NCBI GenBank assembly: GCA_018061645.1
Contig: JAGOTT010000005.1
Coordinates: forward strand, 581 to 64,580
Length of the DNA stretch: 64,000 bases
Direction of reading: 5' to 3'
Source: Candidatus Moraniibacteriota bacterium
GTDB lineage: Bacteria > Patescibacteriota > Minisyncoccia > Moranbacterales > UBA1568
The notes below the pieces were generated by a model. The model made no database searches and was not told the DNA's origin. It saw only the letters and a list, made by a program, of their open reading frames with translations. Shown here piece by piece: positions 1 to 8,903 of the stretch (positions are counted from its first letter, which is position 1; each line of letters starts with the position of its first letter). The position numbers and the translations under genes were made by a program.

Positions 1-390
1 ACATCCGGGATGTACCGTTTCCCGTTCGGGTTCACAGACAGCAACACATCATCGCTGACCATGGTCACCTCGATCACCCGCATCGTTCCCAAACCGAGTT
101 CGACACGAAGATCGGCTGGGACGTTCGTCTTGTCCCATCGTACGGTGTCGCCGACCTCAAGACGGATGTCTTTCAGGATCGGTTCGGATCGGAGGACATA
201 TTCCCTAGTCGAAGTCGTCATCGCCGAAACGAACGACATGGCTCCGATAAGAAACGCCCTTGTCTCACCGAGAATGCTGGCGCTCCAGGCCCCGAAGAAG
301 GAATTCTCCCTGACTTCGTAGACGGGCACAGCGACCGCTTCATCGAAAAACACCACAAAATCCTCTTGCACGCGTGTGTTCATTCCAGTC
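1..390 (-). CDS. hypothetical protein (5' portion; gene runs off window start)
   Basis: ATG at 388-390 on minus strand opens a frame with no stop to position 1 (MNTRVQEDFVVFFDEAV...). The forward ORF 10..321 is its antisense shadow. Confidence 0.4.
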
Positions 391-694
391 TCCTCATCTT
401 CAAATCAGAAGAATTTTTCGCGCGTTTGCACGAAAAGGAGATATCCCGGAGAGATTCCGGGGTTAATACAAACGCACGATCGGGAACCCTTTCGGGCGCG
501 TGTTGGTAATGAACCTAAGGGAAGATTATAGCAAAAAAACGACTTTCTGTCAATCAACCGCCGATCTCTTGTCTTCATGATTCACACCTCATCGATCCAG
601 AAAATAAAAAGTAGGGCGAAACCCTACCGACACCAGTATAGCATGGAATCCGCTATTTCCGAAGCCGTCGGCAAAAGCTGCAGGAAAGGCGATA

Positions 695-720
695 TTGACA
701 GAAACGGCCGGAAATAGTAT
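695..720 (+). promoter_or_regulatory. possible sigma70-like promoter upstream of rplU
   Basis: TTGACA at 695-700 and TAGTAT at 715-720; spacer is short (14 bp), so weak. Confidence 0.2.
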
Positions 721-754
721 CCTTTCCCTGTTATAACCTGACAACTATTCCCAT

Positions 755-1066
755 ATGTTGGCGATTATCCGGACCGGAGGGAAACAATACAAGGTTTCCG
801 AAGGGGAAAAGGTGAAAGTGGAAAAGATTGAAGGCGAGATCGGCTCGAAGCTTTCCTTCGAAACGCTCTATGTCGGCGACGAAAAGGACGCGTCCATCGG
901 AACGCCGGTACTCGAGAAGGCGAAAGTCGAGGGCGTCATCACGCTCCAGGATCGCCACGACAAGGTCGTCGGTATCAAATACAAGCCGAAGAAGCGCTAC
1001 AAGATGAAATTCGGCCACAAACAGCCGTTCACGGAAGTCGAGATCACCAAGATTTTCACGAAATAG
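755..1066 (+). CDS. rplU: 50S ribosomal protein L21
   Basis: 103 aa; MLAIIRTGGKQYKVSEG...GHKQPFTEVEITKI matches the bacterial L21 family. Confidence 0.9.
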   Translation: MLAIIRTGGKQYKVSEGEKVKVEKIEGEIGSKLSFETLYVGDEKDASIGTPVLEKAKVEGVITLQDRHDKVVGIKYKPKKRYKMKFGHKQPFTEVEITKIFTK

Positions 1067-1084
1067 CATCCGAAAAAAAAGAAG

Positions 1085-1115
1085 CAGCCCGGGCATTCGC
1101 CTCGGGCTGTTTTTC
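1085..1115 (+). terminator. rho-independent terminator after rplU
   Basis: CAGCCCG...CGGGCTG stem followed by TTTTTC. Confidence 0.6.
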
Positions 1116-1303
1116 TAGGTTTCCTCATTATCGGCCCTGTCCGTTTGGATAGGATTGACATCATTGAGAGGAAACGGAAGGGAATCAGAAAAGGCGAATG
1201 GGATGTGCTTTTCTTCCGCCTCCTCATAGGGATGAAACCCCTTTTCTTCCATTCCGGGTGAAAAAGGTACCAACATGAGTACTGCCGGCATGGTGCTCTC
1301 CTT

Positions 1304-1723
1304 TCAATGTCGATGACGGACATCACCACCCATAGGGACCGCCCTATAGATGACATGGGCCGAAAAAGCAAGGGAACCGTCTTCGTCGTATCCGTCGACG
1401 CCGATTTCGTCGAAAATCCAATCGGTTCGGTCGAAGCGGATCGTTCGAGCGTTTATCCGATAGGGATATTCACGCATCGGATCGATACGTTCGCTTTCCC
1501 AATCGAATTTCACGCTATACGATATCCCGTCATACGGTATGTGAGACATCATCGCGATCCGAGTCTGCAGGTTCCGTACGACCTGGAGAACCACGAAATA
1601 TCGGTTCGCCGTTTCCTCGTCCACTCCCTGCTCATGCATGATTCTCATTACCTCGCTTTCGCGGTATTCCTCCAGAATCCGTAGATTCTCCTCCGCGCTC
1701 ATTTCAACGCGCGAAATCTTCAT
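1304..1723 (-). CDS. hypothetical protein
   Basis: 139-aa ORF; strong SD (GAAGGAGG) 7 nt upstream of the ATG on minus strand. Confidence 0.5.
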   Translation of the reverse strand: MKISRVEMSAEENLRILEEYRESEVMRIMHEQGVDEETANRYFVVLQVVRNLQTRIAMMSHIPYDGISYSVKFDWESERIDPMREYPYRINARTIRFDRTDWIFDEIGVDGYDEDGSLAFSAHVIYRAVPMGGDVRHRH

Positions 1724-1761
1724 GATAAGCCTCCTTCTTGTAAAAGAAAACCTTTCTGGAA

Positions 1762-2361
1762 TTATACCAGTTTTTCACGATTTGTCAATGCCGAACGGAG
1801 TGTCATCTCGTCGGCATACTCGATATCTCCCCCGGTCGCGAGCCCACGGGCGAGCCGCGTGACGGAAAGCCCAGGGACATCGAGGAGCTTCTTTTTCAGA
1901 TAAAGCGCGGTAAGATCGCCTTCGGTCGTCGGATTGAGGGCGAGAATGACTTCCCGGACGCCTTCTTCGACGATCCGATGCAGCAGTTCGGCGATGCGAA
2001 GGGGCGGATTGCCATCGCCGGATCCGGCATGCATGACACCACCGAGACAATGATAGCGCCCAGTGAAACTTCCGGATTTTTCCAATGCGATGACATCCAT
2101 CGGTTCTTCCACGACACAAAGCAGAGCCTGGTCGCGCTTCGGATCCTCGCAGATGTCGCAGACAGCCCTTTCCGATATGTTGAAACAGCGAGTACACAAC
2201 GAGAGATCCTTGAGCGATTCGAGGGCTTCGACGAATTCGGTAAGTCGGGAATCCTCCTGCTTGAAAAGATACAACACGATGCGTTCCGCCATCTTCGGGC
2301 CGACCGACGGGAGTGCCGAGAAATGCGCGATGAGATTCTGGAAAGGCTTGGGATACCGCAT
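1762..2361 (-). CDS. recR: recombination protein RecR
   Basis: Helix-hairpin-helix N-terminus, C4 zinc finger (CTRCFNISERAVCDIC) and Toprim region; ORF extends to 2388, but the ATG at 2359-2361 (MRYPKPF...) is the likelier start. Confidence 0.88.
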   Translation of the reverse strand: MRYPKPFQNLIAHFSALPSVGPKMAERIVLYLFKQEDSRLTEFVEALESLKDLSLCTRCFNISERAVCDICEDPKRDQALLCVVEEPMDVIALEKSGSFTGRYHCLGGVMHAGSGDGNPPLRIAELLHRIVEEGVREVILALNPTTEGDLTALYLKKKLLDVPGLSVTRLARGLATGGDIEYADEMTLRSALTNREKLV

Positions 2362-2385
2362 ACAGTAGTTCCAAAGCTCAAATGC

Positions 2386-2460
2386 CAAATTTCAAATCAG
2401 ACTCAAGCGTCAGAATGGTGGAATTTGGATTTCAAGTATTGGGATTTGATTTGAAATTTG
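2386..2460. repeat. 13-bp perfect inverted repeat pair (CAAATTTCAAATC / GATTTGAAATTTG) in recR-dnaB intergenic region
   Basis: Arms at 2386-2398 and 2448-2460; GGATTT-type short repeats between them. Confidence 0.6.
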
Positions 2461-2491
2461 ATATTGGGATTTTGGATTTGCATTCCGAAAA

Positions 2492-3856
2492 CTAGTTTTC
2501 GGAGTGGACTTTCTCAAGATTCTTGAAGGTTGTGGAGTTTTCCTCGAAGAAGAGCGAGACCTTGCCGACGGGGCCGTTTCGGTGTTTGGCGATGATGACA
2601 TCGGCGATGCCCTTATTCGGAGTGTCTGGTTTCACGCGGTCCTCGCGATAGAGGAACATGACGACATCCGCGTCCTGCTCGATGGATCCGGATTCGCGGA
2701 GATCGGAGAGTTTCGGAATCTGGTCAGGACGGGATTCGACGGCTCGGGAAAGCTGGGAAAGTGCTATCACCGGAACATTGAGCTCCTTGGCAAGCTGTTT
2801 CAATCCGCGAGAAATCTCGGAAATCTCCTGAACACGGTTGTCTCCGCCGCGGGAACGACCTTCCATGAGCTGGAGGTAGTCGATGATGATGAGACCGAGC
2901 TTGTGTTCGGACTGGAGCCTGCGCGCCATCGTACGCATCTCCATGATGTTCGCGGACGAGGTATCGTCGATGAAGATCGGTGCTTCGGAAAGGATGCCGA
3001 TCGCCTCACCGATTTTCTGAAAATCATTGTCATCGCCCTCGGTCTGGAGCTTTCCGGTGCGGAGCCGCCAGAGATCGACGCCTGCCTGCGCGGCGATCAT
3101 ACGGTCGACGAGCTGGTCGGATGACATTTCGAGCGAGAAAAGACCGACAGGAACTTTGGATTGGACACCGATCTGGCGGGCGATATCGAGCGCAAAGGAT
3201 GTCTTTCCGACCGACGGTCGTGCCGCAAGGATGACGAGGTCGGAATTCTGGAGACCGGACAGCATGTTATCGAGATCCGCAAAACCGGTCGGGATGCCTC
3301 GAAACGCCTTGTCGCTCTTGTGAAGCTCGTCGATGCGGTTGAATGCATCCTCGAGGATGGATCGTATCGGAACGAAATCCTGTTTCAGATACTTCTGGCT
3401 CACGCCGAAGAGCCGCTGTTCGGCGTCATCGAGCACTTTCTGCACGTCCTCTTCCTCGTCGAAGCCCATCTCGACGATTTCGGACGCGGCGGCGATAAGT
3501 CTCCGGAGGAGGGATTTCTTCTGGACCACCTTGGCGTAATGGACGACGTTCGAGGCGGACGGGACGATATTCACGAGCGACGCGAGATAGCTCGAACCGC
3601 CGACCGCGTCGAGTTTCCCTTTCTCATCGAGCTTGTTCGCGAGCGACAGCACGTCGATCGGCTCGCGCTCCTCATAGAGGGCGAGCATGGTCTCATAGAT
3701 CGAGTTGTGTGCTCCCTTGTAGAAATCGCTCGGGCTTACGAGATCGGCGACCTTGATGACCGCATCCTTGTCGAGCATCAGGGAACCCAGCACCGATTGC
3801 TCGGCCTCGATATTGTGCGGCGGCACGCGGAGATGGTCGGTGTTTTTGGAAGCCAT
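2492..3856 (-). CDS. dnaB: replicative DNA helicase DnaB
   Basis: 454 aa; Walker A (ARPSVGKTSFAL), a second conserved DnaB motif (LIIIDYLQLM) and the DnaB N-terminal domain are all present. Confidence 0.95.
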   Translation of the reverse strand: MASKNTDHLRVPPHNIEAEQSVLGSLMLDKDAVIKVADLVSPSDFYKGAHNSIYETMLALYEEREPIDVLSLANKLDEKGKLDAVGGSSYLASLVNIVPSASNVVHYAKVVQKKSLLRRLIAAASEIVEMGFDEEEDVQKVLDDAEQRLFGVSQKYLKQDFVPIRSILEDAFNRIDELHKSDKAFRGIPTGFADLDNMLSGLQNSDLVILAARPSVGKTSFALDIARQIGVQSKVPVGLFSLEMSSDQLVDRMIAAQAGVDLWRLRTGKLQTEGDDNDFQKIGEAIGILSEAPIFIDDTSSANIMEMRTMARRLQSEHKLGLIIIDYLQLMEGRSRGGDNRVQEISEISRGLKQLAKELNVPVIALSQLSRAVESRPDQIPKLSDLRESGSIEQDADVVMFLYREDRVKPDTPNKGIADVIIAKHRNGPVGKVSLFFEENSTTFKNLEKVHSEN

Positions 3857-3965
3857 AAGAGTATGCTCAATTCTATCATCGTTCCTTGGAAAGGGGAATA
3901 CTGGACAAAAGGGTCAAAACAGGGTATTCTTGTCCGATGTACCTTACCAACCGAAAGGAAAAACC

Positions 3966-4415
3966 ATGGAACAGGAATCGGTTTTCGAACGTCTTCTCAA
4001 TGTGCTCCGTACCGGGCGTGGCAGCGACGGGAAGAAAAAGGATATCGTCGTCTGCCCGAACGAACGAGACCTCTCATTCGACCGTCTCAAGCGGAAGGAC
4101 GCCATCCGGCTGCTCGATGCCCTGAAAAAAACGAAAGTACATCAGATCGCCATCCACCTTTCAGAACACTGCGAGGACGAGGTCCCACGGAAGTTTCGGA
4201 AATTGTTTCATCTTCGCGGAGACTGCAAGGTCGGCATAATCCGCAGGTGGGAGTACGACCGCAGGAACAAGAAAAGGCAATCCAAAGAGAAGCCTCGACA
4301 GGATATCATCTATATATCCCCGTCGACATTCAACCCGCGGTTCATACGGGATACGGGCGTAAGCAATTACATCGAGGTCATACGGGAGGAGTTGCAACCA
4401 TCCGGCTCCGAATGA
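3966..4415 (+). CDS. hypothetical protein
   Basis: 149 aa from ATG 3966, with SD AAGGAAAA upstream; lies in the longer open frame 3753-4415. Confidence 0.5.
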   Translation: MEQESVFERLLNVLRTGRGSDGKKKDIVVCPNERDLSFDRLKRKDAIRLLDALKKTKVHQIAIHLSEHCEDEVPRKFRKLFHLRGDCKVGIIRRWEYDRRNKKRQSKEKPRQDIIYISPSTFNPRFIRDTGVSNYIEVIREELQPSGSE

Positions 4416-4518
4416 CGATGCAAGCCGGGCTCAGGAAACAGGGTCCGGTTTTTTCTTTGCAAGTTCCAATGTGATGCTGTACTATGGAGAAGTTTTTTTA
4501 CATCATGAGGAGACTACG

Positions 4519-4887
4519 ATGCTCGACGTATGCGACCGGTGCGTCAAACGCGCCGAAACGTTTCGCAGGATCACGCTGATATTGAAAGGGGGCTGCAGAA
4601 CGGTCCGGTGTCCCGAAGAGGACTGTTTCACCCTGTGGTGTCTTGACCCGGAAGAACGCACTCTGCTCCGAAAAGTCATCCTTGAGAGCGAAACGGAAAT
4701 CGTCTCGTTTCCAGGAGCAAACGCCCTGCCGTGTCTCTTCGGTACGGGCGAAGACAAAAAGATCGTAAAGAACGGAATGGTTTTCGTGCCACCATCATGG
4801 TTTCGCGAGAAGCCTGGATTGGAACGCATCGGAAGGGAGGGGCTCTGCTACCAGGCCTATTTCATAGCCGCAAAAAAACGCTCCTGA
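4519..4887 (+). CDS. hypothetical small Cys-containing protein
   Basis: 122 aa from ATG 4519 with GAGGAG SD; contains CDRC...C...CPEEDC motifs. Confidence 0.45.
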   Translation: MLDVCDRCVKRAETFRRITLILKGGCRTVRCPEEDCFTLWCLDPEERTLLRKVILESETEIVSFPGANALPCLFGTGEDKKIVKNGMVFVPPSWFREKPGLERIGREGLCYQAYFIAAKKRS

Positions 4888-4903
4888 CACATTTACGAAA
4901 AAA

Positions 4904-4941
4904 CCGGAGAAGGGGCAATCCCTTCTCCGGTCTTTCTTTTT
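4904..4941. terminator. bidirectional rho-independent terminator (convergent with cysS)
   Basis: CCGGAGAAGGG...CCCTTCTCCGG stem followed by TCTTTCTTTTTT. Confidence 0.6.
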
Positions 4942-4942
4942 T

Positions 4943-6346
4943 CTATCGTTTTTTCAGTTTCGGTCCCTGCGGAGTGTCTTCGATGCTCCAACCGGCGGTA
5001 AGCAGCCTGTCGCGAAGCGCATCCGATGCGACGAAATCTTTGGCGATCCGCGCCGTTTCCCGCTCATCCGCGAGTTTCCGGACATCGGAGGGAATTTCAA
5101 CGGTCTCACGGACAAGTCCGAATACAGAAAACGCCTCCGAAAGAAATGCGAGCGCGCGTTTCGTATCGATCGGCGTTCCGGCGTCGAGCGCGGCGTTCGC
5201 CTTGCTCGAAAAACCGAGGAGTGCGGCGAGTGCGAGCGGGGTATTGAGGTCGTCCTCTATCGCCTCGAAAAACTCCGCTCGGGCTGATGACGAGACATCC
5301 TCCGTCCCGGAAGCGGCGCTTTCGAGCCGTTCCGTGAGCGCGAACAACGTCTCCTTGTTCTTCTTCGCGGAAGAAAGCGAATCCCAGGTGAAATTCATCT
5401 GACTGCGATAGTGCGAGGAAAGAAAAAGCATCCGGAGATCCATCGGGGAATATCCCTTTTCCGTCACATCCTCGAGTTTGTAGAAATTCCCTTTCGATTT
5501 CGACATTTTCATGCCGTCGACAAGCAGGTGACGATTATGGATCCAGTATCTCGTGAAGGGCTTCTCGGTCGCGCATTCGCTCTGCGCTATTTCCGCTTCG
5601 TGGTGGGGGAAGATATTGTCCTCACCCCCGCAATGGATGTCGAGCGTATCGCCGAGGTATTCTTGACTCATCGCCGAACATTCGATGTGCCACCCCGGGT
5701 ACCCTTCGCTCCAGGGGCTTGCCCAATGCATGAGGTGGTCTTTCGGCGCCTTGAGCCAGAGCGCGAAGTCCCACGGGTTGCGCTTGTCCGGATGTTCCTC
5801 GAGACGAGCGCCGACCTTGAGATTCTCGAGGCTGTTCCCGGAAAGCTTTCCATAGTCCGGAAAGCTCGTCACGTCGAAGAAGACATTCCCATTCGATTCA
5901 TAGGCATGACCGCTCCGGATGAGACTTTCGATCATCCGGATCATCTGCACCACATGAACGGTCGCGCGCGGGTAGAAATGCGCCGGGAGGAGATTTATCC
6001 GCGCTTCGGTCGCATGGAAATACTCTTCGTAGAATACGGCGATCTCCGCCGGAGTCTTTTTCTCGGCTTTCGCCTTCTTTTCCATCTTGTCTTCGCCGGT
6101 GTCCCCCTGGGCGACGTCGTCATCGGTCAGGTGACCGACATCGGTGATGTTACGGATAAGGCGCACTTCGTACCCTGCATGTTCGAGCACCCGCCGCACG
6201 GTGTCCGAAAGCACGTACGCACGGAGGTTGCCGATGTGGATGTAGTCATAGACTGTCGGTCCGCAGGCATACATGCCGACTTTCCCCGGGAAAAGCGGCT
6301 CGAAAACTTCTTTCTGCTTGGTGAGGGTGTTGTAGAAACGCAGCAT
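4943..6346 (-). CDS. cysS: cysteine--tRNA ligase
   Basis: 467 aa; HIGN (HIGH-type) and KMSKS motifs plus the class I aaRS core. Confidence 0.95.
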   Translation of the reverse strand: MLRFYNTLTKQKEVFEPLFPGKVGMYACGPTVYDYIHIGNLRAYVLSDTVRRVLEHAGYEVRLIRNITDVGHLTDDDVAQGDTGEDKMEKKAKAEKKTPAEIAVFYEEYFHATEARINLLPAHFYPRATVHVVQMIRMIESLIRSGHAYESNGNVFFDVTSFPDYGKLSGNSLENLKVGARLEEHPDKRNPWDFALWLKAPKDHLMHWASPWSEGYPGWHIECSAMSQEYLGDTLDIHCGGEDNIFPHHEAEIAQSECATEKPFTRYWIHNRHLLVDGMKMSKSKGNFYKLEDVTEKGYSPMDLRMLFLSSHYRSQMNFTWDSLSSAKKNKETLFALTERLESAASGTEDVSSSARAEFFEAIEDDLNTPLALAALLGFSSKANAALDAGTPIDTKRALAFLSEAFSVFGLVRETVEIPSDVRKLADERETARIAKDFVASDALRDRLLTAGWSIEDTPQGPKLKKR

Positions 6347-6347
6347 A

Positions 6348-6449
6348 ATTGCAGATTTCAGATTGATGATTGCAGATTTCCCGATTCTGTCAATAAAATC
6401 CTTTCCGTACGATTCTTAAATCATCAATCGAAAATCATAAATCTGCAAT
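6348..6449. repeat. direct and inverted repeats ATTGCAGATTTC in cysS-corA intergenic region
   Basis: Direct copies at 6348-6359 and 6369-6380; inverted copy AAATCTGCAAT at 6439-6449; GATTGATGA / TCATCAATC is also inverted. Confidence 0.6.
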
Positions 6450-6451
6450 TC

Positions 6452-7360
6452 CTAAAACCATTCCTTCCACTTGAAGACCATGACCGTGAAACCGGCGATG
6501 CAAAACATCAGTCCGGCATGGATCCAAAAGGCGTGCGGATTATGCCCGAAGGGAATGGATGCGCTCATCGCGAGCATATTCGTGTAGACGGTCATCGGGA
6601 GAAGTACCGCCGAAAAGATCGTGAGAACCTTCATCGTCATGTCGAGCTTGTTCGAGAGGAGGGAGTTGTTCGTCGCTTCCAACGCCTCGATGGTCTCCTT
6701 GTTGCTCTCAAGGATGTTCCAGAGGCGGATATTCGTCCCGATGAGATCCTGGAAATAGAGAGCGAGTTCTTTCGGGATGAGCGCATGTTCCTGCCGCGCG
6801 AGCGAGTCGAGGATGGAACGCTGCGGCTTGAGGGTACGACGGAAATTGAGGATATCGCGTTTCACGATGGAAATCTCCCGGACCATCTCCTTTTCATTGC
6901 CGGCGAAGACCTGCGTTTCGATATAGTCGAGGTTGTCGGCGATGTGGTTGAGCTTCGGAAAACAGGAATCAAGAAGAATTTCGAGGACGTGATAGAGGAG
7001 ATCGGTCGGCGTTTTCCCAAAATAGATCCGCCGCTTGCCTTCGCTTTGCGAGAGCTCTTCGAAGAATTTCCCGATCTGATAGATGTCGTGCTTGTGCGAA
7101 GTGATGAGGTAGTCTTTCGTGAGGATGATGTCGAGTTCGCCGGGATAGGTCGTCCGGAGTTCCGCATCGAAGAGCGGGATATGCACGGACAGGAAGAGAC
7201 ACGAGTCGTACTGGACAACCTTCGGCTGATAGGTCGGCGTGACGAGCTCCTCGATCGCGAGGGGATGGATATCGAAGTTTTCCTGGAGATAGGTGATGTC
7301 GCTCTGCTGCGGATTGCGGAAGTCGATCCAGGTGAATTTCTTTTCCTTGATGATGTTCAT
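6452..7360 (-). CDS. corA: CorA-family divalent cation transporter (non-canonical AMS in place of GMN)
   Basis: 302 aa; C-terminal MKVLTIFS...TM1-loop-TM2 aligns with CorA, but the signature reads YTNMLAMSA rather than YGMNF. Confidence 0.8.
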   Translation of the reverse strand: MNIIKEKKFTWIDFRNPQQSDITYLQENFDIHPLAIEELVTPTYQPKVVQYDSCLFLSVHIPLFDAELRTTYPGELDIILTKDYLITSHKHDIYQIGKFFEELSQSEGKRRIYFGKTPTDLLYHVLEILLDSCFPKLNHIADNLDYIETQVFAGNEKEMVREISIVKRDILNFRRTLKPQRSILDSLARQEHALIPKELALYFQDLIGTNIRLWNILESNKETIEALEATNNSLLSNKLDMTMKVLTIFSAVLLPMTVYTNMLAMSASIPFGHNPHAFWIHAGLMFCIAGFTVMVFKWKEWF

Positions 7361-7508
7361 GTCTGTGTTTGTAAAGTCCGTAAAGTCATCAAGTCTGTCA
7401 GGCTTGATCTTTTCTTTATGAACTTTATGGGCTTGAGGAACTTTATGAACTGAAGTGTATCACATTTTCGGATTGACAAAAAGGCTGGAAAAGGGTATCT
7501 TGTACGCC

Positions 7509-7754
7509 ATGTTCAAGCGAATACTTCTCACGATCATCCGCGCGTATCAGAAGACGTTGTCTTTGGATCACGGGTTCGTCGGGATGATATTCGGGGAACG
7601 GTTCTGCCGGTTCCATCCGAGCTGCAGCCAATACGGTTACGAAGCGATCGATCGCTTCGGAGTCGTACGAGGTTCGTGGCTCGCATTCAGACGGATTGTG
7701 CGGTGTCATCCGTGGAATCCCGGCGGATACGATCCGGTACCGGAAGAAGAATAG
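7509..7754 (+). CDS. yidD: membrane protein insertion efficiency factor YidD
   Basis: [18 protein letters not shown]...[15 protein letters not shown]...[17 protein letters not shown]-track start 7455 is probably too early. Confidence 0.85.
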   Translation: MFKRILLTIIRAYQKTLSLDHGFVGMIFGERFCRFHPSCSQYGYEAIDRFGVVRGSWLAFRRIVRCHPWNPGGYDPVPEEE

Positions 7755-7784
7755 TCATTTACCAATCGAAAAAGGAGAGCAGCG

Positions 7785-8009
7785 ATGACCACCATGGATG
7801 GTTCGCCGGAAGACCTCGCGAAACCGATGATCGGGAATCTCGTATATTGCGAACGGACGCGGGTGATCTCGATGAGCGGAGCGATGATCCGTGTCGCCGA
7901 GTCCGACGCCCACGACCTGTTCAACGGGCACGATAAGGCCTGTGCGGGTTGTTTCCGCTATCAGGCGTGCAAGAACGCGGTGACATCCGAAACGCACGGA
8001 CACTGGTGA
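7785..8009 (+). CDS. small Cys-rich protein, 4-Cys module (paralog A)
   Basis: 74 aa; AAAGGAGAG SD; C22 ... CAGCFRYQAC (C-x2-C-x5-C). Confidence 0.5.
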   Translation: MTTMDGSPEDLAKPMIGNLVYCERTRVISMSGAMIRVAESDAHDLFNGHDKACAGCFRYQACKNAVTSETHGHW

Positions 8010-8022
8010 CGAAGGAGGGGAT

Positions 8023-8217
8023 ATGAATCACGAATCAGGATACCCTGTCATGTGCGGCAATCTGTATCTTGCCGGGGGACGAGGACCGATAACGGCCGAA
8101 GTCTGTTCGAAACACGTCCATCAGTTCTTCGATGGGACGAGCGTCCGGTGTCAGAAGTGCGCGCACCAGGAATCGTGCCGGATCGCCCAGACGGGGCCCG
8201 CGCACGATGCCGATTGA
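8023..8217 (+). CDS. small Cys-rich protein, 4-Cys module (paralog B)
   Basis: 64 aa; GAAGGAGGGG SD; MCGNLY...CQKCAHQESC. Confidence 0.5.
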   Translation: MNHESGYPVMCGNLYLAGGRGPITAEVCSKHVHQFFDGTSVRCQKCAHQESCRIAQTGPAHDAD

Positions 8218-8247
8218 TTTTCCAACCGAGCACGAAAGGAGGACGGA

Positions 8248-8589
8248 ATGTCCCATGAACGGAAACAAGGAAATCCGCGACCGGAAATCAGGAATCTGCC
8301 GACGGTCGCATGCGCAAGAATGGGCCTTTTCCTCGGCGGTGCCACGATATACGTGGCACTGGAAAACTCGCGACTGCTCTACGAACCGAAGAGCTCCATC
8401 TGCGGTCCGTGCCGAAACAACGCCGCCTGCCGCGAAGCCGTTTTCGGAGCGGTCATCATCGAAGAAGTCATCTGTCCGCAGGCGGGAAACGTCGCCTTGT
8501 CGTTCGCGGACGCGAAACCCTACTTCGGGGAAACGAATCCGATCTGCAACAAGTGCTCGCATATGGCCGATTGCCTCGCGGTTTCGTGA
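8248..8589 (+). CDS. small Cys-rich protein with two 4-Cys modules (paralog C)
   Basis: 113 aa; GAAAGGAGGA SD; CGPCRNNAAC and CNKCSHMADC. Confidence 0.5.
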   Translation: MSHERKQGNPRPEIRNLPTVACARMGLFLGGATIYVALENSRLLYEPKSSICGPCRNNAACREAVFGAVIIEEVICPQAGNVALSFADAKPYFGETNPICNKCSHMADCLAVS

Positions 8590-8607
8590 CGGAAAGGAAA
8601 CGGAGAC

Positions 8608-8781
8608 ATGAACAACGGCATCTATTGTCTTATCGGGAGAGCGACGCTCTCCGTCGAAGACGCCGCAAAGCTGCGGGAACCTTTCGACAGGACGTGTCAG
8701 TCGGACTGCGAGCATCGCGATATCTGTTCCGATGCCGCATCCGAACAACCGACGGAACGATCGCAGGATCACGACAGATAG
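8608..8781 (+). CDS. small Cys-rich protein, 4-Cys module (paralog D)
   Basis: 57 aa; AAAGGAAACGGAGA SD; YCLIGR...CQSDCEHRDIC. Below the ORF-track length cutoff. Confidence 0.45.
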   Translation: MNNGIYCLIGRATLSVEDAAKLREPFDRTCQSDCEHRDICSDAASEQPTERSQDHDR

Positions 8782-8796
8782 CTTCGATCCGACCCG

Positions 8797-8830
8797 GACA
8801 CCGGAAAACATCCCGGTGTCTTTTTTTTTG
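8797..8830 (+). terminator. rho-independent terminator after the Cys-rich gene array
   Basis: GACACCGG...CCGGTGTC stem followed by T9. Confidence 0.65.
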
Positions 8831-8855
8831 CCTTGAAACCCGTTCTCTCCGCCTG

Positions 8856-8898
8856 TTGGCACTCTACTTGACAGAGTGCCAGACTCTTTCCTATACTG
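8856..8898 (+). promoter_or_regulatory. CIRCE operator (HrcA binding site) overlapping the hrcA-grpE-dnaK promoter
   Basis: TTGGCACTC-N9-GAGTGCCAG at 8856-8882, against the CIRCE consensus TTAGCACTC-N9-GAGTGCTAA. TTGACA lies in the spacer at 8868-8873, with an 18-bp gap to TATACT at 8892-8897. Confidence 0.75.
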
Positions 8899-8903
8899 TA
8901 TCC

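Noticed and set aside
3161-4474. 437-aa forward ORF overlapping dnaB antisense
   Set aside because: Arg/Gly-rich antisense frame of a well-supported dnaB; no SD; only its last part (3966-4415) is a plausible separate gene.
5411-7453. 680-aa forward ORF spanning cysS and corA on the opposite strand
   Set aside because: Antisense shadow of two confidently identified genes in GC3-rich DNA; no family resemblance.
8310-8903. N-terminal extension of hrcA to 442 aa suggested by the ORF track
   Set aside because: The extension contains a terminator, the CIRCE operator and the -35/-10 of the hrcA promoter; HrcA homology starts at MNERQQKIL (8904).
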